DNA of 64,000 nucleotides, from contig CAXXMB010000001.1 of the NCBI GenBank assembly GCA_963668675.2, positions 192,001 through 256,000 of the forward strand, given 5' to 3'. Below the pieces are notes generated by a model. The model was not told where the DNA came from. It was given only the letters and a program-made list of their open reading frames with translations, and did no database searches. Below are positions 38,746-48,977 of this stretch, one piece after another; position 1 is the stretch's first letter; every line of letters starts with the position of its first letter. This DNA comes from an uncultured Desulfatitalea sp. GTDB taxonomy: Bacteria > Desulfobacterota > Desulfobacteria > Desulfobacterales > Desulfosarcinaceae. Both the position numbers and the translations under genes were made by a program.

Positions 38746-39594
38746 CTATTTTTTCAGGTATTTAAAGCTCGGTCCCGGCCGTCCCACAAAACACGACTGT
38801 GAAAAATCGTACTTTTCCATGATGGAAAAAGCCCGGCGGGCCTCCATTTTATTCTCGCCGAAATCAAACAGATAGTGATTGCCGTCCACAATCTTCCAAT
38901 GACCTCCCACCGATTTCAATTGGATTTTTGAGGGATTGAATCCGATGCAGTCCTCCCCCTTGAGTCTGCCGGAGGGTGCTTCGCCAGAGCTCAGCATGTA
39001 TTGGAAAGACGGGTCCGGACGGCCGACAAAGCAGGACTGGTTCATTCTATAGTGCTTGATGATTCGCAGGGCTTGCCTGGCCTCCATTTTATTCTCGCCG
39101 AAATCAAACAGATAGTGATTGCCCTCCACCACCTTCCACCGCCCCTTTATTTTACTTACCTCAATGCGGTTGGGGTTAAAGCCGATGCAATCCTCCCGAA
39201 CGGATGGGGTTTGCTGTGGTGTGTATCCGTCCCGGACCCAACGCGAACCGCCAAAGCCACCTGACTTTTGCTCGGCCACAAGGACATTTCCGTTTTGTTT
39301 TATTTTCAAAGTCAGCTGGCCATTGCCCGTCGCTTTTCCCTTGGGTACATCAGCCCAGGTGCCTCCGATCATATCGCCCTTGATGCGTCCATTGTAGACG
39401 TTGGACCATTGAGGCTTGGTCATATTGAGCTCGCCGTACCAGTATAGCGTTTTGCCGAGCTGCCGCAGGTAGTAGTGCCCTCCGTCGTCGCATCGCCACA
39501 CACCGGTTAGATCCGCGACCGCCATGGCAGGAAGAGACAGGGTGATAACCAGCATAGCCATTGTAAAAAATCGATTTGCTTTCCGTCGTTTCAT
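38746..39594 (-). CDS. secreted protein with two tandem ~70-aa repeats
   Basis: Signal peptide; EDCIGFNP..W K(V/I)V.GNHYLFDFGENKMEAR..SCFVGRP occurs twice; RBS AGGAG. Confidence 0.75.
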   Translation of the reverse strand: MKRRKANRFFTMAMLVITLSLPAMAVADLTGVWRCDDGGHYYLRQLGKTLYWYGELNMTKPQWSNVYNGRIKGDMIGGTWADVPKGKATGNGQLTLKIKQNGNVLVAEQKSGGFGGSRWVRDGYTPQQTPSVREDCIGFNPNRIEVSKIKGRWKVVEGNHYLFDFGENKMEARQALRIIKHYRMNQSCFVGRPDPSFQYMLSSGEAPSGRLKGEDCIGFNPSKIQLKSVGGHWKIVDGNHYLFDFGENKMEARRAFSIMEKYDFSQSCFVGRPGPSFKYLKK

Positions 39595-39741
39595 GATCGT
39601 TTCTCCTATGGGCTTATGGGGCATATGCTATCTTGCAACGTCGTCTACACTTACCTTTGCATTCTTATCGTTTCCCATCCCAGACGCCTGAAGTTGAATC
39701 GTGTGGCGCGCCCTTTGTGTGATCTCGCCCGCAAAAAGCGC

Positions 39742-41010
39742 TCACAACTTCATTATATACACGACCCATATGAATTCCGGCAAATGCTCAGCTTCACTCA
39801 TATCGTGGGTATGTTCCGAGACAGGCATCGTATGCTGTCTGCCTGCACCTGAATGTATGGTTTGAGTGCGCGATGGCTTATCTGTACAACCATGGCTATG
39901 CTGTTTGGCTCCTCCTGGATTTCCGGCATCGCTATACTCGTTTGTACCGCGAATAAAGCGACCGCGTAGATCAGGGGTCCCCATTTGTCCGTCACAGATG
40001 GCCCATCCATCCGGGGCCAAAATTGTCGTTTTTTCTGATTCCGAATCCAATCCGAAAATAAACTCGCCTGTCGGGTACCATGGGAGTATCGTCCCTTTGG
40101 GAACGCCAAAGTTGGCTGTCGGCACCTTAAATTGTTTCTCGTCCGGATCTAATATACTCCTCGCATTTTTCCACTCGCGACGCAGGGTCGGCCAATAGGG
40201 TTTCAATGTAATCTCAATCGGCGCAACCGAAAATCGAATATTCCCGGCACCAATATCATCCAGCAGCCGGTTGATCCCCTCGAAATCCCGCACTACAACC
40301 AACCCCCCATCGCTGCGGCCACCTGACGTCGCTTCAAAAAGTATCTCAACTCCCATTTTATCAAGTTCCGCCTGGTGTTGCTTGCGCACGCCGGCGTCCA
40401 CACTGAATCCTCCGTAAGTTACCCTAAAAGCGGCCGATAAGGTGGAAGTGTCTTCGGTTGAAAATTTACTCACCTTGCCCTGTATACCGATGCGAAGGCC
40501 ATATCGAATAGCATCCACATAGTGAGATCCGTAACGGGCTAAAAACAACTCTTGATCCCTTACCGGATCACCCTCCATCTCGGATTCCGGGTTTCGCTGC
40601 CAGATGATCTCCCGGGCCGAAAGGCTTGCGGATTCTCCAGTGTGTTCCAGCAGTGCATAGACCGTATGATAGCTGCTTTTTTGCTTGGAGGCCGCTTCAT
40701 ACGATTGATTTACGCTTGCGAGTCCGTAGCTGGCTTTAAAGTATTGGCTGAGAACATCGCTTTCTTCCTTGGCTTCCAATTTTTCCTTGAACGCCATGGT
40801 CTCATTGATAATATCTCGTGCCTTGATAACGCCTGTTCCTTGCGTTCCCGTGTCCGCCACTTCCGCCCCTTCAGGCTTGAATGCGGAATAGGTGGATTTG
40901 ATAGGGTGAATCGGATCATGCAAATCAACGCCATCCCCGAGGTTGATCTGAGGGGTATTGATGTAGCGCGGATCAAGTTGGAAATTTCTAACGCTGGTGT
41001 AGTAACTCAT
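39742..41010 (-). CDS. MACPF-like domain fused to a phage tail-collar/short-fibre domain
   Basis: FLARYGSHYVDAIRYG resembles the MACPF signature; C-terminal PKGTILPW..PDGWAICDG..TPDLRGRFIRG..HSH..HTH..LP..VVYIMKL. Confidence 0.65.
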   Translation of the reverse strand: MSYYTSVRNFQLDPRYINTPQINLGDGVDLHDPIHPIKSTYSAFKPEGAEVADTGTQGTGVIKARDIINETMAFKEKLEAKEESDVLSQYFKASYGLASVNQSYEAASKQKSSYHTVYALLEHTGESASLSAREIIWQRNPESEMEGDPVRDQELFLARYGSHYVDAIRYGLRIGIQGKVSKFSTEDTSTLSAAFRVTYGGFSVDAGVRKQHQAELDKMGVEILFEATSGGRSDGGLVVVRDFEGINRLLDDIGAGNIRFSVAPIEITLKPYWPTLRREWKNARSILDPDEKQFKVPTANFGVPKGTILPWYPTGEFIFGLDSESEKTTILAPDGWAICDGQMGTPDLRGRFIRGTNEYSDAGNPGGAKQHSHGCTDKPSRTQTIHSGAGRQHTMPVSEHTHDMSEAEHLPEFIWVVYIMKL

Positions 41011-41065
41011 CCGGTAACCCCCCCACAGTTATGAGTGCTTGTCGGCATGCCCTTAACTTTTTAGC

Positions 41066-43069
41066 TTAAAATTCTTCTATCTCGCATTCCAAGGGATCGT
41101 TCGCAAAACAGCCAAAACTTTCATTTGACAGGCACGATGCAAACCCAACATCATCTCCACTTAACAGATAGTCACCGCAGGTGTTGAAAGTACCTGGAAA
41201 GAACTTGTTAAATAGTTGCATGCTCAATGCCTCGCCAACGAGCTTATTCATGTCACACTCGTGGAGGAAGGAGCAGTCACAATAGGCTATGAATGACTTA
41301 TTTTCATATAACAGAGGCCCGCCGCCTCTGGGAATTGGGCCTGAATGGTACGACGGGTCGTAATTTTGACCTTTGTATACATTCAGGGCATGGTTGGTAA
41401 AGATGCGGTTTGGATCGGCGTTACCCTGTGCTCCTTGTTCGTTTACTATCAATATATCTAAAGGTTGTTTTGGCCTCATTCCGATTTTTTCGGTTTGAAT
41501 CCCCTGACAGGCCATGGTGGCATAGAAAAATTGCTGCCAGGCTTTGCATCGCCCGTGGCCATAATATAGCAAATCGCGTGTGGTATAGACCTCCGGTATG
41601 GTGTGTCTGTAAGACAGGATACCGCTACCTTCCGGAGCGGGGATGTCCCAGAAATTTGCCCATATGTTATTAAATGCCTCATCGCCGCCATTCGTACCAG
41701 CCGCCCATTTACAGCCGTTTTTGACAATGTAGATATATTTTTTATATTCCGTGCCCAGGATTTTATTGCCAGGGCCCGGGCCAATTATAAATATTTTGTG
41801 ACGGCTCACACCCGCTTCAATGTCTATCGTTTCTTTGTCCTGGGTTTCGTCTCGAACTTTCCATATCCATCTTACTTCATTGATTCCGATGGCATCCTGG
41901 GGTGCCTTTATTGTAAACTCCTCCTCAATCCTACCATTTTTCACATCTACTGTTTTTTCTTCAATACCGCCAAAACCGCCGTTGCCCTCTATTACCTCTT
42001 CTATAGCCCATACCTTGGCTTTTTCTAAACCTTTGTCGACCTTAAAAACAGCCTTTACCATAAACGTATTCCCCAGTATCAGGGCAGCCGGTTTGTTTTT
42101 TCCGCCTTCGGTCCATTCCGGTGAAGTGATATCGCTATCCGAGTGCAACTCGCTCAAAGTCAAAACGATCTCTTTTTCTTTATTTTCTCCGGTATTAAAT
42201 GCAACTGACTGGATATTGACTTGCGGGGGCAGTTGTTTGCCAAAAGCCCAATTTACACTATAGCTGACATCGCCATCCGAATCTTCTTCAGGGGAATAAG
42301 GAAAAATGGTATTGTCATCTTTCCGGCCTGTCAAAGCTGGATTCAATAGCCTGGCATCGGCTTTCCAGGTCTTACTTCCAGAAAGTTTACCATCGTCACC
42401 TATTTGGATTTTTTCTAGCTTCAAACAGCCCAACGAGATATCTTTCTCAATATCCTCATAATACCACTCCTTGTAACTTTCGCCGTCAGCATTGCAGCAT
42501 ATGATGCGATAATGTCTTTCTTTGCCTTTTGCATGCACTTTCTCTGCGGGCAATACGAACATATAGTTGTCATTCATCGCATCTTTGGCATCATCCGGAA
42601 TTGGAATTCCCATACCTTCCATGCCTTGTTGTTTGAGCCCTGTTTTGATCTGCTCGAGCATATATCCCAAATATTGGATAATAAGAGAACCTGGTTGCAT
42701 GTCGGTTTTAATTTTTACAGGTCCGGAGTATTCATATACAGAGATAAGTTCAGGTGCGCCTTCAGACGGCTTTTCGTCTATGATTTTGCTTGCGTAATTG
42801 ACGGAAGCCTTGGGATTCTGAAGCTTATAAGGAATAAAAACCGGCCGGGGTGACCCGAGTTGTTCGGTTGATGAAAATTGTTCATTGACAATTAAGGTGC
42901 CATTAAATTTAAATCTCATAAACCCCTCATGGCCGTCTTTGTCCCACTCTATATTTATTGTCACGCGGGAATCCAATTCCTCTTCTATGGAAGCCTCGGC
43001 CTGGTAAAAGGATGAAAACGAGATAAATACCAAAGATGCAGTTAATCGTGTGATCTTGGATGTTTTCAT
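41066..43069 (-). CDS. secreted transglutaminase/papain-like protein
   Basis: Signal peptide; GRCKAWQQFF, FTNHALN, YDPSY as a Cys-His-Asp triad candidate; Cys-rich tail; AT-rich. Confidence 0.6.
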   Translation of the reverse strand: MKTSKITRLTASLVFISFSSFYQAEASIEEELDSRVTINIEWDKDGHEGFMRFKFNGTLIVNEQFSSTEQLGSPRPVFIPYKLQNPKASVNYASKIIDEKPSEGAPELISVYEYSGPVKIKTDMQPGSLIIQYLGYMLEQIKTGLKQQGMEGMGIPIPDDAKDAMNDNYMFVLPAEKVHAKGKERHYRIICCNADGESYKEWYYEDIEKDISLGCLKLEKIQIGDDGKLSGSKTWKADARLLNPALTGRKDDNTIFPYSPEEDSDGDVSYSVNWAFGKQLPPQVNIQSVAFNTGENKEKEIVLTLSELHSDSDITSPEWTEGGKNKPAALILGNTFMVKAVFKVDKGLEKAKVWAIEEVIEGNGGFGGIEEKTVDVKNGRIEEEFTIKAPQDAIGINEVRWIWKVRDETQDKETIDIEAGVSRHKIFIIGPGPGNKILGTEYKKYIYIVKNGCKWAAGTNGGDEAFNNIWANFWDIPAPEGSGILSYRHTIPEVYTTRDLLYYGHGRCKAWQQFFYATMACQGIQTEKIGMRPKQPLDILIVNEQGAQGNADPNRIFTNHALNVYKGQNYDPSYHSGPIPRGGGPLLYENKSFIAYCDCSFLHECDMNKLVGEALSMQLFNKFFPGTFNTCGDYLLSGDDVGFASCLSNESFGCFANDPLECEIEEF

Positions 43070-43099
43070 ATAATTTGACTCCTTTTAAAAAACTGGCGA

Positions 43100-43162
43100 G
43101 GGTCGCATCTTAAGTGTTTGATTTTACTATTATTCAGATAGTTAATAGTTAAGGTGCGACCC
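43100..43162. repeat. inverted repeat pair (REP-like) upstream of the minus-strand array
   Basis: GGGTCGCATCTTAA ... TTAAGGTGCGACCC (13/14) around an AT-rich spacer. Confidence 0.6.
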
Positions 43163-43565
43163 TGGGTAAACAAGGTCGCCCCGTCCCCGTAGCGCCCTTT
43201 TAAAAGGCCAATTAAGAATATGGAAAAATATCGCATAATTTAGCTTTAGGTCTCAAATGCTAACATGCCAGGGTACATGGGCAAACCCGTAGATCTTAAC
43301 AAAGATGCACTAAAAGCTGGTTTTTGATTGTTTTTCCTTAAAGCCTACAAAATATATTTCAACAAGCCAATAACTTTAGGGCATCTCCGTAATCAGAAAA
43401 GCAAACAAACGCAGGCCTCCGCAATATTTACCCCATTGGAGGCAATTTAGTTGCACCGTACCTTCTGGATCTCTTCGCAATGTTGTTTGATAAATCCCGC
43501 CTATCCTTGTATGACAATACGATATAAGTCCTTTCAACCTTCAATAATAAATAGGAATCCTCATC

Positions 43566-46331
43566 ATGACGGCTAAAGGAATCCCCAAACGCGGTAAACG
43601 GGTACGGGGCATTACCCAACCCCTGCAATACAAGATCGACCTCATCTTACGCCTTGTCAGGAAAGTCATTCAAGAACAGGCCGGAGCCGAAACCGCTCAA
43701 CGAATAGAGGGCCTGCTGGATCTTTGCGAATCGGCATCCAAGTCGGATCGATGGCGCACCCACACCGATCTGGCATCGAGGATCGAGGATCTGGACCTGG
43801 AGCAGTTGGTGTGGATTTGTCGGGCCTTTACCACCTTTTTCCACTTGGTCAACGAAGCCGAACGTCAGGAAATCACCCGCATCAACCGTGAAGCTGAGAA
43901 GCTGGAAACACCCGATCGCCCGAGAAAAGATTCCATCCTGGAGGCGATTCATCAACTCAAGCAGCAAGGGGTCCCTGAGGGCGACATGCATGCCATGGTT
44001 CATGAACTGGACATCCAGCCGACCCTCACCGCCCACCCGACGGAGGTGCGCAGAACCACGATCCTGTTTAAACAGAACCGCATAGCCGATCTGCTCTCCA
44101 GGCTCTCCCAGAACCAGGAAATCTCCGACCGCGCCATCCAGCGCAACATCGACCGTATTGCCCATGAAGTGGCCCTTCTTCTGGTCACCGACGATGTGAG
44201 ATCCGACCGCCTTCGGGTGGAAGATGAAGTTAAAAACGGCATCTACTACCAGACCCACGCTATTTGGGATACCTTGCCGGGCATGGCGGGCGATCTGCAG
44301 GAGGCATTGACCACCTATTTCAATATTGCCGATCATGCCCCGCCTTTTCTGCGTTATCGATCCTGGATCGGGGGCGACCGGGACGGCAATCCTTTTGTCA
44401 CCCGCGAAGTTACCGCAAAGACGCTCGATGCCCATCGCAGAGGCGCATTGGACAACTATCGCGAAGCCCTGAATCTGTTGTGGCAGGAGTTGAGCATCTC
44501 CTCACTCCGCGTAGCCGTGCCCCATGCGTTGATGGAAAACATTCAAAAAGAGACCGAAGAGATCACCCTGGATGAAGATGAACTGTATCGCTACCGCTAT
44601 GAACCCTTCAGGGTCAAAATCGCCTGCATGCGTGAACGCCTCGATCGTTTTAAAGAAGATCCGGACGGCGATATCTACTCCATCACCCAGTTTCAGAGTG
44701 ATCTGAACCTGCTAAAAAACAGCCTTACCCACAGCGGGCTTTCGGCCCTCTCGGCTTACCGGAGCCTTTCCGATTTAATCATACGCAGCAAGGTGTTCGG
44801 TTTTCATCTGGCGGCACTGGACATCCGGCAGCACAGCCGCATTCACGAAGCCGTGGTCGGTGAGCTGTTGCAGCTTTCCGGCGTGACGGAGAGATACAAC
44901 GATCTCCAGGAGGATCAAAAGGTCGCCCTGTTGGAACAGGAATTGGCCAACCCGCGCCCACTCTATCGCAACCTGGAAGATCTTTCCGACCAGACCATCG
45001 AACTGCTCGACGTTTTCAAAATGATGCGACGGGTGATGCTCAAAGATGAAGATGCCATTGGCGCCTATATCATCAGCATGACCCACACGGTGAGCGATCT
45101 TCTGGAAGTGCTCCTGCTGGCCAAAGAGGTGGGCATGTGGCGAATGAAAGACGGCGTGGTCAAAACCGTCCTGGACGTGGTGCCCCTCTTTGAAACCATC
45201 GAGGACCTTGAGATGGCGGCGCCATTGATGGACGGCCTGTTCAAAGACAGCATCTACAAGCGCCATCTCAAAGCCCGCAACAATTTCCAGGAAATTATGC
45301 TGGGCTACTCGGACAGCAACAAGGATGGCGGTTTCTGGATGGCCAACAGGGCCTTGCAAAAAGGCCAGGAGAGGCTGTCCGAAGTGTGCCTGGAGAACAA
45401 CGTCACATTTCGATTTTTCCATGGACGCGGCGGCAGTGTCGGTCGCGGTGGCGGCCGGGCCAACCAGGCCATCTTCGCCATGCCCATCCAGAGCCGCAAC
45501 GGCCGCATGCGCTTTACCGAGCAGGGAGAGGTGATCTCCTTCCGCTATGCGCGTCCCTTTATCGCCCGACGCCATCTTGAGCAGATTGTCAATGCCGTAC
45601 TGCTCACCGCTTCGGACACCGATTGCGATATCGGCTGCAGCCCCCAGATGCAGGCCATGATGGAGCGTATCGCCAATAAATCCATGAAGGCGTATCGAAA
45701 ATTGATCGAAGACGGACAGCTGTGGCAGTGGTATAAGCAAATTACGCCGATCGAACACATCGGAAATCTGCCCATCGCTTCACGCCCGGTCTCAAGAGTA
45801 TCCGCGGAAGAGGTCCAATTTGACGATCTACGGGCGATTCCCTGGGTTTTTTCATGGACCCAGACCCGCTACAATCTGCCCGGATGGTATGGCGCAGGAA
45901 CCGCCATCGAAGAAGAGATTGAAAATGATCCTGAAACGCTATCCCTGATGCGGGAGATGTGGGAAAGCTGGCCTTTTTTCCGCACCGTAGTGGAAAACGT
46001 CCAACTGGAACTGGCCCGCACCCGCATGGAGATCGCACAGGCCTACAGCACCCTTTCGGAAAAGGGATTTCACGATGCCATCGCATCGGAATTCGAAAAG
46101 ACCAAAGCTGCAGTGCTTCAAATCACCGGCCAGGAACGCCTGTTGGACAACCACATGGCCATCCAGCAATCCATCGCCCTGCGTAATCCATACACCGATG
46201 TACTCAACCTTATTCAAATCGAACTGTTAAAACGTTGGGCCAATAGATCCGATAAGGAGTCACAGCCCCTGCGCCAAGCGATGTTCCTCAGCATTAATGG
46301 AATTGCCGCAGCCATGCAGAGTACAGGGTAA
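43566..46331 (+). CDS. ppc: phosphoenolpyruvate carboxylase
   Basis: LTAHPTE, SWIGGDRDGNP, EIMLGYSDSNKDGG, FHGRGGSVGRGG, LRAIPWVFSWTQ, AAAMQSTG. Confidence 0.97.
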   Translation: MTAKGIPKRGKRVRGITQPLQYKIDLILRLVRKVIQEQAGAETAQRIEGLLDLCESASKSDRWRTHTDLASRIEDLDLEQLVWICRAFTTFFHLVNEAERQEITRINREAEKLETPDRPRKDSILEAIHQLKQQGVPEGDMHAMVHELDIQPTLTAHPTEVRRTTILFKQNRIADLLSRLSQNQEISDRAIQRNIDRIAHEVALLLVTDDVRSDRLRVEDEVKNGIYYQTHAIWDTLPGMAGDLQEALTTYFNIADHAPPFLRYRSWIGGDRDGNPFVTREVTAKTLDAHRRGALDNYREALNLLWQELSISSLRVAVPHALMENIQKETEEITLDEDELYRYRYEPFRVKIACMRERLDRFKEDPDGDIYSITQFQSDLNLLKNSLTHSGLSALSAYRSLSDLIIRSKVFGFHLAALDIRQHSRIHEAVVGELLQLSGVTERYNDLQEDQKVALLEQELANPRPLYRNLEDLSDQTIELLDVFKMMRRVMLKDEDAIGAYIISMTHTVSDLLEVLLLAKEVGMWRMKDGVVKTVLDVVPLFETIEDLEMAAPLMDGLFKDSIYKRHLKARNNFQEIMLGYSDSNKDGGFWMANRALQKGQERLSEVCLENNVTFRFFHGRGGSVGRGGGRANQAIFAMPIQSRNGRMRFTEQGEVISFRYARPFIARRHLEQIVNAVLLTASDTDCDIGCSPQMQAMMERIANKSMKAYRKLIEDGQLWQWYKQITPIEHIGNLPIASRPVSRVSAEEVQFDDLRAIPWVFSWTQTRYNLPGWYGAGTAIEEEIENDPETLSLMREMWESWPFFRTVVENVQLELARTRMEIAQAYSTLSEKGFHDAIASEFEKTKAAVLQITGQERLLDNHMAIQQSIALRNPYTDVLNLIQIELLKRWANRSDKESQPLRQAMFLSINGIAAAMQSTG

Positions 46332-46922
46332 ATATACTTCATACTCCTTCTCAGATGGCAATAAGTTCCGTCCATCATTGCTCTGTTTCATATCTTCCCA
46401 AGGTTTTTGCAACATGCGGATTGTTAGCAAAAAAAGGCCGCGGGTAAAGGGTGTGCCCATAAAATGATGAATCTCTTTTGAGTCATAGTACCATATCATT
46501 CTCCATGAAGATTTGCCCACCTCAACTGGCACAATTCGGCTAATATCGCTGATTTTGGAACAGGGCGCCTTGAACGGCATCGCTCGTGATATCCTAAGCC
46601 GGTTGTTTGATTTCATGGTGCGTGATATTGCAGGCGCTGCTGTGCAAATTTACGATCTGCACAACAGCAGAGACGATCGGCGGGCCTATTGCCGAGAGAT
46701 CGCTATGGTCAGAGCCCAGGGAGATCGTAAGCAGTATGACCGGGGTAGGGAAACCTATGCCGGTTCACTCAATGGTGAGTATGAAATGAATCGATAGAAC
46801 ATATGCTGTGGTAATTTATAATATCGGCAACGGGGTAAAACCATAGAAAAATGAAACGTGTGCACTAATTCCGATGCCATTCTTGGCGTCGAACGTATTC
46901 AATCTACTTAAAAGGGGACAAT

Positions 46923-48734
46923 ATGGTTCAGCAATTAGCAGACAGACGGGATCAGGACTTTGTTATCTGGGAACAATTTGACAATGCAAAGCTTGTTGAG
47001 AACGAACATTACGCAGGGTTTGATAAGAAAACCTGTGAGATGATCATAACGGAAGGCCGCAAACTCGCCATTAAAGAGGTGCTGCCCACCATCCGTGAAG
47101 GTGACCTTGAAGGTGTTCAGTTGGACAACGGCGTGGTGACCACACCAAAATCGTTCAAAAGAGCGTTTGAGCTGTTGCGGGATAACGATTGGGGCAACCT
47201 TGTCGTGTCACCAGAGATGGGAGGTCAGGGCGCCCCTCATTTTGTAGGAACCACTGTTGACGAATATCTGCTTTCCAACTGGTCGCTAATCGCCTATCTG
47301 ACCACGGGTATCGGAACGGCCGGGATGATTCAAAGGTATGGCACGGAAGAGCAAATCGACAAATATGTCCCCAAACTGGTGACCTCGGAATGGGGCGGAA
47401 CCATGCTGCTGACGGAACCCGATGCCGGCTCTGACCTGGGGGCCATTGAGACTGTTGCCAAAAGAAATGATGACGGTACTTTCTCACTGTCCGGCGGTAA
47501 AATATTTATCACGGCCGGAGAACATGATCTGGCGGAGAATATCATCCATCCTGTGCTGGCCAGAATTGAAGGCGCACCGGCAGGCACCAAGGGTATCTCC
47601 ATATTTATTGTCCCGAAATTTCTGGTTAATGGCGACGGATCTATTGGCAAAAGGAATGACATCTGGTGCACCGGTGTGGAACATAAACACGGCATTCGGG
47701 CCAGTGCCACATGCAGCATGACCCTGGGTGCCAAAGGCGACTGCAAAGGCTACCTTCTGGGAGAAGAGAATCAAGGGCTTCCCATCATGTTCAACATGAT
47801 GAACGGCGCCAGAATGCATACCGGACTTCAGGCCTTGGCCTACGGATCGGCATGTTATCTCCTTGCGGTCAATTATGCCCGAGAGCGCATCCAGTCCAGA
47901 GAGCTCGGCCTACCGCACACGGCACCACCGGTAGCCATCATCAATCATCCGGATATCAGGCGCAACCTGCTGTGGATGAAATCCTATGTGTGTGGCCTGA
48001 GGAGCTTCTTTCAATACACCAATCTGTGTGCGGAAAAAGCAAAGCTGGCGGAATCGGAGGAGGAGCGGCAACTCAATTCAGATCTGTATGAGCTGCTGAC
48101 CCCCCTCATTAAAAGTTATACCGCCAATAGAAGTTATGAAGTCTGCGTGCAAGCCATGCAGGTCTATGGCGGTGCCGGGTATACGCAAGACTATCTGGTG
48201 GAGCAATTTGTCAGGGACTGTAAAATCGTCTCCATCTATGAGGGCACATGCGGCATACAGGCGGCGGATCTGCTTGGCAGAAAAATGCCCATGAACAAAG
48301 GCAGGGCCTTTATGGCGCTTATCAATGAAATGATGAATACGGTCAATGAAGCCAAAGAGATCGATGCGCTGAAAGCGCTGGCCGGTCAGGCTGAAAAGCA
48401 TGTGGCCAAATTGGGCGATGTTGCCATGACTGTCGGGTTGAGTGCCGCAGACCCCAAGATGTTCAAAACCGCGTTTGCGCACTCACTGCCCCTGTTGGAT
48501 GTTATCGGCGATACCCTCATGACCTGGATGCTGTTATGGCGTGCGGTTACAGCCACCAGGAAATTGGAGTCCAACCCAAAGAAGAAAGACATCACTTTCT
48601 ATAATGGGCAAATTACAACCGCCAGATTTTTTATCGAAACCGTTGTCCCGACCAGCATTGGTAAAATGATGGGAATAAAAAACATGAGCACGGCGGCCAT
48701 GGATATGGAAGCCGATGCATATGCGAGCCTTTAA
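46923..48734 (+). CDS. acyl-CoA dehydrogenase (long, ~600-aa type)
   Basis: MLLTEPDAGSDLG, GGKIFITAGEHD, QVYGGAGY, IYEGTCGIQAADL. Confidence 0.93.
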   Translation: MVQQLADRRDQDFVIWEQFDNAKLVENEHYAGFDKKTCEMIITEGRKLAIKEVLPTIREGDLEGVQLDNGVVTTPKSFKRAFELLRDNDWGNLVVSPEMGGQGAPHFVGTTVDEYLLSNWSLIAYLTTGIGTAGMIQRYGTEEQIDKYVPKLVTSEWGGTMLLTEPDAGSDLGAIETVAKRNDDGTFSLSGGKIFITAGEHDLAENIIHPVLARIEGAPAGTKGISIFIVPKFLVNGDGSIGKRNDIWCTGVEHKHGIRASATCSMTLGAKGDCKGYLLGEENQGLPIMFNMMNGARMHTGLQALAYGSACYLLAVNYARERIQSRELGLPHTAPPVAIINHPDIRRNLLWMKSYVCGLRSFFQYTNLCAEKAKLAESEEERQLNSDLYELLTPLIKSYTANRSYEVCVQAMQVYGGAGYTQDYLVEQFVRDCKIVSIYEGTCGIQAADLLGRKMPMNKGRAFMALINEMMNTVNEAKEIDALKALAGQAEKHVAKLGDVAMTVGLSAADPKMFKTAFAHSLPLLDVIGDTLMTWMLLWRAVTATRKLESNPKKKDITFYNGQITTARFFIETVVPTSIGKMMGIKNMSTAAMDMEADAYASL

Positions 48735-48756
48735 TTTATTGAGAATGGAGTCCATG

Positions 48757-48905
48757 AAATTAACCCGGCTGCTCATAATCACAACACATGTCATATCGCG
48801 GAAAGCCGGGCACACAGTGAAGCCTTAGCGCTATCCAGTTGGTTCCTGGATCCCGGATCAAGCCCGGGATGACGAGGTTGGCCGTTTTAATTGCCGGTTT
48901 AATAA
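48757..48905 (-). repeat. MITE/REP-like element, family A, copy 4 (inverted)
   Basis: ATTAACCCGGC ... TTGCCGGTTTAATAA; reverse complement resembles copy 2. Confidence 0.8.
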
Positions 48906-48977
48906 TGAAACAATATCGGGTAATCATTTGGGGACTTGGCCAAGTCGGAAGATATGCGGTTAAGATGATCCAAACCG

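Noticed and set aside
43250..43272. TGGCATG on the minus strand as a sigma54 promoter for the array
   Set aside because: No GC at the required GG-N10-GC spacing
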